A DNA stretch of 64,000 nucleotides from assembly GCA_026390635.1 (NCBI GenBank), contig JAPLFO010000143.1:1890-65889 (forward strand), in the 5' to 3' direction. This document shows positions 26,458 to 36,840 of this stretch, in pieces. This DNA comes from Ignavibacteriales bacterium. GTDB taxonomy: Bacteria; Bacteroidota; Ignavibacteria; UBA10030; UBA8401. Made by a program: the position numbers and the translations under genes. Numbering within the stretch: position 1 is the first letter of the stretch; each line of letters begins with the position of its first letter. The notes under the pieces are model-generated. The model was not told where the DNA came from. It saw nothing but the letters and a program-made list of their open reading frames with translations, and searched no databases.

Positions 26458-27606
26458 TTAGTCTTCAAAAGTTATCGATTTGATTTTCGATTTGTTCTGC
26501 GTCAGAAGAACCTGCAGCTCCTGCGCGGTTATTTGTACTCCGTTCAAGGAAATCCGGGCGCCGTTGACCTGCAGCTTCTGATCTTGAACCACGTTCAGGA
26601 TATTTTGATACGAACCGCCTGACAATGCTGCCTGGAGTACGTTCAGAATCATCTGCCCGGTCGGATCGGAGATGCGGAAGGAACGGATCATTCTGAGAGG
26701 ATCGACTTCATAACCGAATGTCTTAATAATGCCGTCGAGAACGGCGACGTACACTTTGCCCGGTTCAAGCGGCCGGGGCCCCTTGAGAATTGTCACACCG
26801 GGGCCCGATGTTGCCGACTGCGGATAGGTGAGAATGGAAAGATTTCCCGACTCGCGCCGGTCGATCTGGACTTTCAAATAGGGATCGGAGGCCGAGATGG
26901 CGTCTTCCAGCGATTGATGTTCAGGCCGTTTTTCGTAGATGGTGAGGACAACTGCGCGGGTATCATACATCCACTGGAACTGCGGGAACGGTGAGGGATA
27001 TTCGAATCCATTTTCCGACGGAAGCAGCAATGTTGCCGTGGTTGGATTGGTCACCGTCAATGTGAGCCGCGGATCATTCACCTCGATAAGTTCACTGGCC
27101 GGACTGCTGCCGATTTGCTCGACGGTAAACTGAATTTTTACTTCGTAGATCCCTGAAGGAACTTTTCCACCGCTTCCCGGATCCGTTACTTTGTTTTTAA
27201 GACGATCCCTTGCCGCTGTCAGATCTCCAAGATTCATGAAGTTAAAATCAGGACTATCTGCGTCGCGGCTCGTGAACAGGCGCCCCGCCGGCGGAATAAG
27301 GAATGGCCGCCTCGTCTTTGAGTTGACAAATTGTGTGCGGGCACGATCTTCGTCCAGGGTCACGAAGGCTTGTACCGACATATTCGCCGACACATCTTTT
27401 CCGGTGTTGTTGATAATCATCATTGAAAAATTTCCCGGAGCGATATCCTTCACCTTCTCCGCCAGAGGATCGACAAGCGCCGTGGCATTGATAATGTCCG
27501 CGTCGGATATCTGGAGACTGAAGCTGAGAGATTTCTGGGCATCTGCCCGTGCGGCGAGAAAGATCATCGCACACCCGAAGAAGAATGCAATCCTTGAAAA
27601 TTTCAT
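26458..27606 (-). CDS. Secreted hypothetical protein (first gene of the block)
   Basis: MKFSRIAFFFGCAMIFLAARADA signal peptide, with AGGAGG upstream of the ATG at 27604-27606. No motif recognised. Confidence 0.5.
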   Translation of the reverse strand: MKFSRIAFFFGCAMIFLAARADAQKSLSFSLQISDADIINATALVDPLAEKVKDIAPGNFSMMIINNTGKDVSANMSVQAFVTLDEDRARTQFVNSKTRRPFLIPPAGRLFTSRDADSPDFNFMNLGDLTAARDRLKNKVTDPGSGGKVPSGIYEVKIQFTVEQIGSSPASELIEVNDPRLTLTVTNPTTATLLLPSENGFEYPSPFPQFQWMYDTRAVVLTIYEKRPEHQSLEDAISASDPYLKVQIDRRESGNLSILTYPQSATSGPGVTILKGPRPLEPGKVYVAVLDGIIKTFGYEVDPLRMIRSFRISDPTGQMILNVLQAALSGGSYQNILNVVQDQKLQVNGARISLNGVQITAQELQVLLTQNKSKIKSITFED

Positions 27607-27997
27607 GGTGCCTCCTGAAGTTTTAAAAAACGGGGTCAGCAACTTTCTGCAATAATATACACTTATTAGATATTTCCCGGCTGTGTTGAACGTCACGAAG
27701 CATTATCCGCCGGGAATGATTCAATAGGTCATAAAGGCCTGAATAGCGGCATTTGGTGTCTTATGCCAACGGTATACCGTCGGGAGCCGCAATGTTTTTC
27801 ATGCTCTGTATAACATCTGTTAATAATACAATTTTTCTTCATCTTCAACAAGCACATCAGGAAATTATGCAAGTGATCTTTTGCATTTCATGTCCCGATT
27901 CCGCCGCCCGGTAACTTCACAGAAAGATAATCTATGGATAATCAGCATATAACAGGAATAGGGTATCTTGTTGCGTGATCAATGAGAAGGAGATGCC

Positions 27998-29140
27998 ATG
28001 AGAATTGCCTATTTCAATGCGAATCTAAAAAGTGGGCAGGACGGAGTGACGAACTGCGTGTTCAGAATGATCGACGCGGCCGTCGAACGCGGAGACGAAT
28101 GTATCGCCGTCACCGCCACATTGCCGGTGGAAACACCCCGCATTCCAATGTTCCGCATCCCCTCGGTGGCATTTCCTCTCCAGAAAAATTACAGGATCGC
28201 TGTTCCCGGAATGCACTCATTTGCACGGTACCTTCACACCTTTCAACCTGATATCATTCACATCAACAGTCCGTGCACACTGGGTTTCGGAGCGATGCGG
28301 TACGGACAGGAATTCGGCGTTCCTGTCGTTGCAACGTATCACACACATTTTCCCACATATCCACGCTACTACAATCTGACGAAACTCGAAGAACTGACGT
28401 GGCACATCTCCCGCTCGCTCTATAACCGCGTGGACAGAACCTTCGTGCCGACCAATCCGATTCTGAATGAACTTGCAGAGCATGGCATCAAAGGACTTCA
28501 GTATCTGCCCAACGGAGTGGATGGTTATCGTTTCAATACCGGCTTCCGTTCCGAAGAATGGAGACAACAATTTGGCGGCGGAACCAAACCCATTATTCTA
28601 TTCGTCAGCCGACTCGTATGGGAAAAAGATTTGCGCATTCTGGCGGAAGCTTATGCGATGCTTCGTACAAAGCGAAATGATTTTGAGCTGGTAATTGTAG
28701 GCGAGGGACATGCGCGGACTGAATTTGAGCCGATGATGCCGGGCGCCCGCTTTCTGGGATATCAATCCGGAAGGACCCTGTCCGAAAGTTTTGCTTCGTC
28801 TGACATTTTTCTCTTTCCTTCAACCACCGAAACATTCGGCCTGGTGACGCTGGAAGCAATGGCATCCGGCCTTGCGCCGATTGCAGCACGCGCTGGTGGA
28901 GCCGAAGAAATTATTGAGGATGGAATATCCGGCATCCTGGCGAATCCGCGTAGTGCGCCGGATCTGGCAGCAGCGGTGGAACGTCTGCTCGACAATCCCG
29001 AACAGCGGATTGCACTTTCCCGCAACGCCCTCCTGCGCGCACAGAAGTATGAATGGAATGGAATTCTCACCACGCTGTTTTCGAGCTATGAGAATATCAT
29101 TGAACAACATCGAACGAAGCGGCGTTTCCATGCGGCATGA
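27998..29140 (+). CDS. GT4-family (GT-B) glycosyltransferase
   Basis: FPSTTETFGLVTLEAMASGLAPIAARAGGAEEIIEDGISGIL matches the E-x7-E region of the GT4 family. GAAGGAG RBS. Confidence 0.8.
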   Translation: MRIAYFNANLKSGQDGVTNCVFRMIDAAVERGDECIAVTATLPVETPRIPMFRIPSVAFPLQKNYRIAVPGMHSFARYLHTFQPDIIHINSPCTLGFGAMRYGQEFGVPVVATYHTHFPTYPRYYNLTKLEELTWHISRSLYNRVDRTFVPTNPILNELAEHGIKGLQYLPNGVDGYRFNTGFRSEEWRQQFGGGTKPIILFVSRLVWEKDLRILAEAYAMLRTKRNDFELVIVGEGHARTEFEPMMPGARFLGYQSGRTLSESFASSDIFLFPSTTETFGLVTLEAMASGLAPIAARAGGAEEIIEDGISGILANPRSAPDLAAAVERLLDNPEQRIALSRNALLRAQKYEWNGILTTLFSSYENIIEQHRTKRRFHAA

Positions 29141-30155
29141 GAACGGATTGAATACGGCGGCAGTTCTTCACGGCAATTTCCAGCGGGAAAATGCCCCGTC
29201 GCGTCCGTACAAACTCATCCATATTTCCGATCCGCATCTGAGTCGCCAATACTATCGCGAACATATAAAGTCGCTCAAGCTGCTTCTTCGATCCATCCTC
29301 GATGCGGGATGTGATCATCTTGTCATCACGGGCGACATCGTCAGCACGGCCGATCCGGACGACTACTATCTCGCGCGGGAACTCTTCGCCTCGTACGGAC
29401 TGCTGCACAGCGGGAAGCTTACCGTTGTCCCCGGAAACCATGACATCTTCGGCGGTCCGCATCGGGCGGTGGAGGTACTCAGTTTTCCCCAGCACATTCG
29501 CTCCGTTGATTATTATCGACGGATGGAACTGTTTAAAGAAGCATTTGCGGAATGTTTTGACGGTGCAGAGGGCCTGATTCCGGGGCGGCAATTTCCTTTT
29601 GTTAAAAAAGCCGGTCCTTTCGAAATTCTCGGCTTGAACTCCATTGCTCCATGGTCATTGTGGGACAATCCTCTCGGATCCAACGGCGTCCTGGACGATG
29701 AACAATTCAGTGCTTTGGAGAATCTGGGGACAGAAAAAAATCCGGAAGCGGTACGTGTCGTTGCACTTCACCATCATTTCAACAATCTTCACGATGATGC
29801 TGTGCAGAATTCATTATGGCACAAGATCGAATCCCGCACGATGCGCATGAAGAAACGCCGCAAGACAATCCGGCTTCTGGGCGCACTGAAGGTGTCGTTG
29901 GTACTGCATGGTCACATTCACCGCAACGAAATATATTCCCGCAATAATCTGACGTTCGCCTGCGGTGCCGGAGCAGTGTGCGACGATCCGAATAGGTTCC
30001 TGAAATACAACGAAATTCTTCATGCAGACAGCGACACCCGCATTTCAATGGTGACGCTGGCCTATCCGTACCAGGTATCCTCGGTTGGTGTTTCGCAGCA
30101 TCGTTTCAGATCGGTGCGATCGATACCGCAATTTGCGACAGGAGGCGCCGGATGA
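29130..30155 (+). CDS. Calcineurin-like metallophosphoesterase
   Basis: IHISDPHL ... VITGDIVS ... VPGNHD ... LHHHF ... LHGHIH. I chose the ATG at 29130, overlapping the GT stop by 11 nt; the longer ORF-track start lies inside the GT gene. Confidence 0.75.
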   Translation: MRHENGLNTAAVLHGNFQRENAPSRPYKLIHISDPHLSRQYYREHIKSLKLLLRSILDAGCDHLVITGDIVSTADPDDYYLARELFASYGLLHSGKLTVVPGNHDIFGGPHRAVEVLSFPQHIRSVDYYRRMELFKEAFAECFDGAEGLIPGRQFPFVKKAGPFEILGLNSIAPWSLWDNPLGSNGVLDDEQFSALENLGTEKNPEAVRVVALHHHFNNLHDDAVQNSLWHKIESRTMRMKKRRKTIRLLGALKVSLVLHGHIHRNEIYSRNNLTFACGAGAVCDDPNRFLKYNEILHADSDTRISMVTLAYPYQVSSVGVSQHRFRSVRSIPQFATGGAG

Positions 30156-30964
30156 CGGCCGGAATCATGGCTGTGGAAAACCAGGTCGCTCCGGCAGAAT
30201 TGGCCCGGGCGCTTGATCAGATGGAAGTGCGCATCTCACAATACAACAGCGTCTTTCAGAAAATTGCTGTGTTCGATTTGGACAACACGCTGCTGATAGG
30301 AGATATTGGAGAAGCGGTGTTCGCCAACATGCTGTTGCGGGAATATTCCCTTGGTTTGACGTGGCATGAATACAGGCTTCTTCTGGCGCATGACAAACCG
30401 GACGCCTATGCGAGGGTGGTGACGGCTATGAAAGGCATGTCCCGGCTCACCGTCGAAGAGGTGACATTGTCCACTCTCCGCAAGCATTCCGGAGAAATCA
30501 GGATTGACGGCGAACTCATCCCGGTGCCGCGTCCTCATCCGGTGTTGCGCGAGTTTATCCGGCTGCTTCAATGGAGAGGATACCGGACGCTGATTGTGTC
30601 CGCCAGCAACCAGATCTCCGTCCGCATCGTTGCACGTGAGCTCTTTGGAATTCCGGAGGATGACGCATTCGGCATTGCACCGGTAGTGATCGATGATGTC
30701 CTCACCGGTACGCTCGTCACTCCGATGCCGGTGTGGAGCGGAAAAGTCGATGTTCTCAGAAATCTTCTGGGTTCCGCTGCCCCGGTGATTACGGCAGGAG
30801 ACAGTCCGCTCGATTGGCCGATGATGCGGATGTGCCATGAGAAAGGATTTTCAATATGGGTGGGCCACGACGAGACGACGCCTGGCAGTTTCCGCGGTCA
30901 ATTCTCAAAGTCGCATTCAATGGTGTTTGTTCCTCAGACATCATTTCTCCCGCTGCAGCAATAA
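30152..30964 (+). CDS. HAD-IB family hydrolase
   Basis: IAVFDLDNTLL (DxDxT), IVSASNQ, GKVDVL, ITAGDSPLDWPMM. ATGA overlap with the upstream gene. Confidence 0.7.
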   Translation: MTAGIMAVENQVAPAELARALDQMEVRISQYNSVFQKIAVFDLDNTLLIGDIGEAVFANMLLREYSLGLTWHEYRLLLAHDKPDAYARVVTAMKGMSRLTVEEVTLSTLRKHSGEIRIDGELIPVPRPHPVLREFIRLLQWRGYRTLIVSASNQISVRIVARELFGIPEDDAFGIAPVVIDDVLTGTLVTPMPVWSGKVDVLRNLLGSAAPVITAGDSPLDWPMMRMCHEKGFSIWVGHDETTPGSFRGQFSKSHSMVFVPQTSFLPLQQ

Positions 30965-33322
30965 TCGTCTCACATCCGGCGTACACTCAATAATCGTTGT
31001 CCCGTCCTTGACCGTGAAGGTCACCCTGCTCGTGTGCGGCATTGGAATGATTCTCACGATCTTGAACGGAAGATAGACTTCAATGTTATGGGGATATGAT
31101 CCACTTTCAAACTCCTGTGCAAAATCCAATGTCGCCGCTCCAAACTCCTCAAAACTCAGTGAACACGAAAGATGGCCGAACGATGTCGGCACATTGTGGA
31201 GTTTCGTGTTAACACCGTCCCGCAACAACCCATGTCCTGGATCTTTGAACAATTGGAGAGAAGTTCCTGATTCGCGCACAAGACAGTCACGAAGATAGAG
31301 CACAATTTCTGCTGCTGCCCATCCATGATGGCCATCTCCCATGGCACCGCCTCCGCTGAACGGGTGGATGGCCTCCGGAAGTGAAAACGGCTGTGTCGTT
31401 TGATTCAGAATCGTCTCTGCCGTCGCCCGGGCTCCATCATCATCGCCAAGATAGAGCAACGAATGCGCTAACTGCAAAGTCAGGTAAGGATTATATCCGG
31501 AGTGAATGAATGGGTGGAAAAATCCTTTTGCATCGACAAAATCTTTCACGAGCGCTCTCACCGTCTCCGCTCCATGGCGATGAGCGCCGCCGAATAGCTG
31601 AAGCGGATAGATGCTGCATATTGATCCGATGGCGCTTTCATCAAATACCCGTGTAGGTGTTGCCGGAATGATGGATCGGCCGAGCCGGGATTCAATTGCG
31701 GCAAAAGAGGCTCGGACGTCTTCCTCGAACAACCTTGCCTCGCGGGCATAGAGATCCCCTCTTTCCCTGTCGTTCTGTGAATAAAAGAGGGCAGATGCGG
31801 CCTTGATGCCGGCCAGCGACCAGAAAGTATCCCAGAAATACTGATCAACCGTGCCGAGATGTTCTGCGCTCAGACTTTGCGGCATCAGCTTATTCGGAGT
31901 ACGCGCACGCATCCGCGTGATCCACTGTGCGCCGCGGTCAACCAGCGGCAGCCATCCTTTCAGCCAAAAATCGGATCGTGTGAGGAGCCAATGCTGCAGC
32001 ACGGTCCACAGCACTGCACCGTTTGAATCCCACTCGCCATCCGGTCCGCAGAAGAATCCATCGCCCGTCAGCCGAGCGGGAAATTTCCCGATCACCTGCC
32101 GGACGCGTTTGTGAAATCCGAGCACGTCCAGTGCCCGGAGCATCACTGCGGCATCGCGGTACCAAAAATGATGATAGAGATACGCGCCCGGAGAAACGAA
32201 ATCCTTGTCCTGCAGCATCAGGAGTGTCAGACGGCCGGCATCGAAGACCTCCTGCAGTTGTTTGTTCGCGAAAAGAAATGTCCCGCCGTTTTCGAGTTCC
32301 TTCTCCCACCGAGATCGGTGCGTTTCAAGCCGCTTCTCGTACGAAACTCTCCACGTTTGCTTCACCGGACGCTGCTTCAATTTATTTTCTTCTTCCAATG
32401 CGACACTATAATGAATGGACTGTTCCTGATGCGGTTCCAGGCTCAGCCGATAGAGTGCAATGGCATGGGCCAGTCCCCTCTTGCACCGGGATTGTTTCCG
32501 CTGCGGCTCATCAAGAAGAGCAAATCGCATGCTGCGGAGCGCAGCGGCGGCATCTCCATCATCAAAGGCATTGCATCCCACCCAGTCCGGATTTTCTGCA
32601 AAGACAACCCCGACGGCTTTGTTGACAAAGGCAATCTTGGGGGAACGGAATTCGATGGAATGAATCGGAGAAACTCCTTCGGGATTGAACGGCCGGATGG
32701 CGACGCACACGAGAACCGATTGCGTTGTCGGGCTGTTATTGATGGCACGAACTTGCGTGAACAGAACATCCATTTGATCACTTGTCGGTTCTGCAAAATG
32801 GCTTGTCGTGACGGTGATATCACCGCAGGGAATCGCCGTCTCCACCCGGGGAGACACTGTATCAAACGATTGCAAGACTGATTGGACGAGAGAAGGAAAG
32901 AAAATTTCCTTTTCCGTCACGATCCATGTGTCCACAGACCATTCACGCGGCAGGGGCGTCAGCAATCCGCGCCGATCGATAATGGCCTCATGGAATCCAT
33001 GCGGTGATCCAAGCAGCGTCCAATTTCTCTGCGTCACGTTGATCAGCAGAGGATTTTGTGCCCGCGGAATATAGCTGGAACATTTCGGATCCAATTGGCG
33101 ATGAACCCAGAAAGGGTACACCCAATCGCGATTCATTTGAAGGACGGCAAAATTCAATAAGCCGCGGACTATGACCGGTGCGCTGAGTTGGAATAGCTCT
33201 TTTGGAAATCCGCGGCCATCGACGTCGCTCAACGCACTGGCGATTCTAAACTGATCGATGGATCCGGATGGCAGTTGAAGCTGCTTCAATGCCCGTTCGA
33301 GTATGATCGCGCTGAGATTCAT
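30941..33322 (-). CDS. GH15-like (alpha/alpha)6 six-hairpin glycoside hydrolase (putative)
   Basis: YLYHHFWYRDAAVMLRALDVLGF and later GGAMGDGHHGWAAAE resemble glucoamylase/trehalase-type catalytic domains. Start is uncertain: ATG at 33322 versus TTG at 33424. The 3' end overlaps the HAD gene by 24 nt, convergently. Confidence 0.5.
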   Translation of the reverse strand: MNLSAIILERALKQLQLPSGSIDQFRIASALSDVDGRGFPKELFQLSAPVIVRGLLNFAVLQMNRDWVYPFWVHRQLDPKCSSYIPRAQNPLLINVTQRNWTLLGSPHGFHEAIIDRRGLLTPLPREWSVDTWIVTEKEIFFPSLVQSVLQSFDTVSPRVETAIPCGDITVTTSHFAEPTSDQMDVLFTQVRAINNSPTTQSVLVCVAIRPFNPEGVSPIHSIEFRSPKIAFVNKAVGVVFAENPDWVGCNAFDDGDAAAALRSMRFALLDEPQRKQSRCKRGLAHAIALYRLSLEPHQEQSIHYSVALEEENKLKQRPVKQTWRVSYEKRLETHRSRWEKELENGGTFLFANKQLQEVFDAGRLTLLMLQDKDFVSPGAYLYHHFWYRDAAVMLRALDVLGFHKRVRQVIGKFPARLTGDGFFCGPDGEWDSNGAVLWTVLQHWLLTRSDFWLKGWLPLVDRGAQWITRMRARTPNKLMPQSLSAEHLGTVDQYFWDTFWSLAGIKAASALFYSQNDRERGDLYAREARLFEEDVRASFAAIESRLGRSIIPATPTRVFDESAIGSICSIYPLQLFGGAHRHGAETVRALVKDFVDAKGFFHPFIHSGYNPYLTLQLAHSLLYLGDDDGARATAETILNQTTQPFSLPEAIHPFSGGGAMGDGHHGWAAAEIVLYLRDCLVRESGTSLQLFKDPGHGLLRDGVNTKLHNVPTSFGHLSCSLSFEEFGAATLDFAQEFESGSYPHNIEVYLPFKIVRIIPMPHTSRVTFTVKDGTTIIECTPDVRRLLLQREK

Positions 33323-33555
33323 TGGAAGATTCCGACCGGCTGATGATTGATTATTGCGAACTGGAATCCAGACTACCCTCAATGGCGGCTGACATTCGCC
33401 CGGGATGAAACCAGAATAGTGCAATGTATGAAATGATGATTGGATTTCTATACAGAGATAATCCGAACCAAGGGATCATTTCTTTCGCGTACGCAATTAA
33501 TACTTTCACAACACTCCCGTAATACAGCATTGACAATGATTGATTACTTTGGACC

Positions 33556-34287
33556 ATGATTCTGACCACTCTCATAGCAGCTTTTTTGATGGTAAACAAC
33601 CCTCACCTGGAAGAGGGTGATGCATACTACTACGCATTTGATAATGATCGTGCGCTGGCAGAGTACCAGCTTGCCTTCACGCAAGAACCGAACAATCCAC
33701 AGGTTCTCGGCCGACTGATACGGGTTTACAATGATTACGGCAGGATCCTTCTCCATCGCGACAAGAAGGCTGAGGAATTTTATCGAAAGGCGATTCCATG
33801 TGCAGACTCCCTTCTGCGGCTTGCCCCTTCAGACCCTGCAGCGCATTTCTGGTCGGCTCTCTCCAAAGGCGGATTGATTCAGTTTGTCGGTGTGAAAGAA
33901 AAAATCCGGCTCGGCAAAGAAGTGCGCGATCATGCGAACCTATCGCTTCGGTTGGATTCGACCTTTTCGTATCCCTATGTTCTTCTCGCCGTTTTTGAGC
34001 GCGAAGCTGCAAAACTAAACTGGTTGGAGCGAACAGTTGCCCGCATCGTTTTTGGAGAAGATTTGAGCGGCTCATTCAGAACTGCAGAGCGCTATCTCAA
34101 AAAAGCAATTGTCCTTGATCCTGAAAATGCCACGGCATATTTCGAACTGGGCTGGACCTATCTGGCGATGGACGACAAAACGCGGGCGATTGCAGCATTC
34201 AGGCGTGTCTGTGGAATCGCTCCACGGAACGCCCGGGACAGAATTCAAAAAAGTGAAACAGAAGAGAAGCTCATGCAATTATTATGA
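33556..34287 (+). CDS. TPR-repeat protein
   Basis: N-terminal hydrophobic helix, then GDAYYYAFDNDRALAEYQLAFTQEPNN... and ATAYFELGWTYLAMDDKTRAIAAFRRV TPR-like repeats. Confidence 0.55.
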   Translation: MILTTLIAAFLMVNNPHLEEGDAYYYAFDNDRALAEYQLAFTQEPNNPQVLGRLIRVYNDYGRILLHRDKKAEEFYRKAIPCADSLLRLAPSDPAAHFWSALSKGGLIQFVGVKEKIRLGKEVRDHANLSLRLDSTFSYPYVLLAVFEREAAKLNWLERTVARIVFGEDLSGSFRTAERYLKKAIVLDPENATAYFELGWTYLAMDDKTRAIAAFRRVCGIAPRNARDRIQKSETEEKLMQLL

Positions 34288-34331
34288 TTGATCTTTCAGT
34301 TGCAGCAACAGAAGATATTGTGCAACGGGGA

Positions 34332-35003
34332 CTAATTCGTGTCATTCCTTTCAGCATGGTGTTTTACAACCCGCGCCTCAGTTTCGAAGATCACATCCTC
34401 TGCAATATTCGTCGACAGATCGGCGATGCGTTCCAAATTTCTGCTGATTCGTATCAGTTCCAGTCCGCCTTCGATGGTCAGCACATTATTCTTCACTTGC
34501 GTAATAACCTGCTGCGCCATCAGCCGGTTCAGATCGTCGATCTGGTCATCTGTCCTGAGAACCGTGCGTGCAAGTGATGTGTCCAGCAGAATGAAACTGT
34601 CCAGCGCTTGTTTGAGCATGGTCCGGGCAATTTCAACCATCTGGTGTATCTCCGGAGGTATTGAAACACCCGGAAGCGTTTGCAGTGTTAGAACGGATTC
34701 CGCGATATTGACGGCGTGATCGCCAATCCGTTCCAGATCATTGTTTATTTTCTGGGTTGCGATAATAAACCGAAGGTCACCGGCAACAGGCTGATTGAGA
34801 GCGAGCAGGTCGATGATCGCCGTATCAATCTCAATTTCCAGCCGGTTGATCTTTTCTTCCATCTCAAATACCCGCTGTGCGAGAACCTGATCGCCGCTGA
34901 GCAGCGCTTTCAGGGCAACGCCCAGGGATTCTTCTGCGACGCTCCCCATCTTCGCCAGTGCCGTTTTCAGGTCTTCCAGATTGCGTTCAAATCGACGTTC
35001 CAT
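34332..35003 (-). CDS. phoU: Phosphate signalling regulator PhoU
   Basis: Two PhoU repeats with DLERIGDHAVNIAE and NLERIADLSTNIAED. Located downstream of pstB. Confidence 0.85.
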   Translation of the reverse strand: MERRFERNLEDLKTALAKMGSVAEESLGVALKALLSGDQVLAQRVFEMEEKINRLEIEIDTAIIDLLALNQPVAGDLRFIIATQKINNDLERIGDHAVNIAESVLTLQTLPGVSIPPEIHQMVEIARTMLKQALDSFILLDTSLARTVLRTDDQIDDLNRLMAQQVITQVKNNVLTIEGGLELIRISRNLERIADLSTNIAEDVIFETEARVVKHHAERNDTN

Positions 35004-35021
35004 TTCTGACGCTTCTCCTTT

Positions 35022-35786
35022 CTATCCGAATCTTCCGGTAACATAGTCCTCGGTCTGTTTGCGGCCGGGTGCGGTAAAAATTATTTTTGTATCGCCGACT
35101 TCGATCAACTCGCCGAGATAGAAAAAAGCCGTCGTATCGCTGACGCGCGCTGCCTGCTGCATGTTGTGGGTCACAATAACAATAGTATAACTTTTTTTGA
35201 GCGTGTAAATCAATTCTTCAATTTTCGCCGTAGCGATGGGATCGAGGGCGCTGGCCGGTTCGTCCATCAGCAGCACTTCCGGATCGACGGCGATAGCCCG
35301 CGCTATGCAGAGGCGCTGCTGCTGCCCGCCCGAAATAGCCATTGCGCTTCGATTCAAGTCGTCTTTGATCTCATCCCATAATGCAGCCTGCCGCAGGGAG
35401 CGCTCCACAATTTCGTCCAGTTGTTTCTTCTCGCGCACACCGTTGATCTTCGGTCCATAGGCGACATTTTCATAGATCGATTTGGGGAACGGATTCGATT
35501 TCTGAAATATCATGCCGACACGTTTTCGCAATTCGACGACGTCTACCATACGGTCGTAGATGTTTTGTCCATCCAGATTCACTTCGCCTTCGATGCGGAT
35601 ATTGTCGATCAAATCGTTCATCCGGTTCAGCGATCGAAGAAATGTGGATTTGCCGCAGCCGGACGGTCCGATCAGTGCCGTGACGTGATTTGTTTCGAGA
35701 TCGATGGTCACGTTCTTCAGCGCATGCTTCGCACCATAGTACACATTGAGATCCTTGGCAGAGAGCCTGATGTTTTTTTCGCTCAT
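35022..35786 (-). CDS. pstB: Phosphate ABC transporter ATP-binding protein PstB
   Basis: Walker [10 protein letters not shown], signature [13 protein letters not shown], Walker [12 protein letters not shown]. The PstB-typical N-terminus has YYG. Confidence 0.9.
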   Translation of the reverse strand: MSEKNIRLSAKDLNVYYGAKHALKNVTIDLETNHVTALIGPSGCGKSTFLRSLNRMNDLIDNIRIEGEVNLDGQNIYDRMVDVVELRKRVGMIFQKSNPFPKSIYENVAYGPKINGVREKKQLDEIVERSLRQAALWDEIKDDLNRSAMAISGGQQQRLCIARAIAVDPEVLLMDEPASALDPIATAKIEELIYTLKKSYTIVIVTHNMQQAARVSDTTAFFYLGELIEVGDTKIIFTAPGRKQTEDYVTGRFG

Positions 35787-35792
35787 CGGAAA

Positions 35793-36713
35793 TTAGCCTG
35801 CTGTGCTTATTCGTTTGCGCATTTTGTATCGTAAGTAGACAGCAATAAAATTCAGACTGAAGGTGAATACCAGCAATACCAGCGTGGTTGCAAATTGAAT
35901 TCCCCGCGTGGCCTCGACATCGGAAGATTGCGTTGCCATAATATAGATGTGATACCCCAGTTCCATGAATTGATCAGAGAAAGATTGCGGCAACCGGGGA
36001 AGAAAATAGGCGGCACCGGTGAAAAGGATCGGAGCCACTTCACCCGCACCCCTGCCCACGGCAAGGATACCGCCTGTCAGCACACCGGTGATGGAATTGG
36101 GGATCACGACCTTCCGAATGGTCTGCCACTTCGTCGCTCCGAGTGCAAGACTCGCTTCCCGCAGCTCGCGGGGAACTGTTTTGATTGCCTCCTCCACAGA
36201 CACGATCACAACAGGAAGCGTCAGCAGCGCCATTGTCAGGCTGGCCCATAAAAGATTCGGCTGTGCCCAGTGGAGTTGCCCGGGATTGAGCACATTGTCC
36301 ATTCCGCTCCCGACGAACTGGACAAAGAAACCGAGTCCGAAAAGCCCGAACACTATAGCCGGAACGCCTGCGAGAGTGTTGACTGCAAACCGGATCATTC
36401 GCGCAAAAACCGAGCGGCTGCTCGCATACTCACTCAGGTAGATGGCTGTTGTTGCACCGATCGGCACACCGATGATCGACATCACCAGCACGCGGAGAAA
36501 TGTTCCCACGATGGCCGGGTAGATACCGCCGGCAGTCATTCCTTCCTTTGGAGACTCCGTCAGGAATGCCCAGGAAATGTTGTTCATGCCGCCGGCGATG
36601 ATATTCACCATCACGAGAACGATTGAGGTTATAATCATCACTGCCGCAGCACCGGTTCCTCCTACGACGAGGAAACCGAGTATCGAATTCTTATGGAAGA
36701 GTTTCTTTTTCAT
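35793..36713 (-). CDS. pstA: Phosphate ABC transporter permease PstA
   Basis: Polytopic, with the EAA-type loop EASLALGATKWQTIRKVVIP. Position is between pstC and pstB. Confidence 0.85.
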   Translation of the reverse strand: MKKKLFHKNSILGFLVVGGTGAAAVMIITSIVLVMVNIIAGGMNNISWAFLTESPKEGMTAGGIYPAIVGTFLRVLVMSIIGVPIGATTAIYLSEYASSRSVFARMIRFAVNTLAGVPAIVFGLFGLGFFVQFVGSGMDNVLNPGQLHWAQPNLLWASLTMALLTLPVVIVSVEEAIKTVPRELREASLALGATKWQTIRKVVIPNSITGVLTGGILAVGRGAGEVAPILFTGAAYFLPRLPQSFSDQFMELGYHIYIMATQSSDVEATRGIQFATTLVLLVFTFSLNFIAVYLRYKMRKRISTAG

Positions 36714-36748
36714 TCAGAGAATGTATGTGTTCAACATAAATCGCTTTA

Positions 36749-36768
36749 GCCACAGAGAACACAGAGAA
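36749..36768. repeat. CACAGAGAACACAGAG-family repeat unit inside the pstC-pstA spacer
   Basis: gccacagagaacacagagaa. Same motif as at 52896, 53387, 55211, 55280, 57517, 57590 and 58647. Confidence 0.7.
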
Positions 36769-36840
36769 TTTGCAGAATAAATCCAATGGGCTGTTGCGTC
36801 ATTTCGAAAAGATCGTCCACTCGTCATACCGGTAAAGCGA

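Noticed and set aside
8503-27606. Sigma factor or anti-sigma target hidden in the signalling block
   Set aside because: I inspected all ORFs of 60 aa or more on both strands. None shows sigma-70 region 2 (e.g. DLxQEG/YxxRxA-type) or region 4 HTH patterns.
28872-29129. Long N-terminal extension of the metallophosphoesterase ORF
   Set aside because: It lies entirely inside the GT4 coding sequence in another frame. The conserved phosphoesterase motifs begin after the ATG at 29130.
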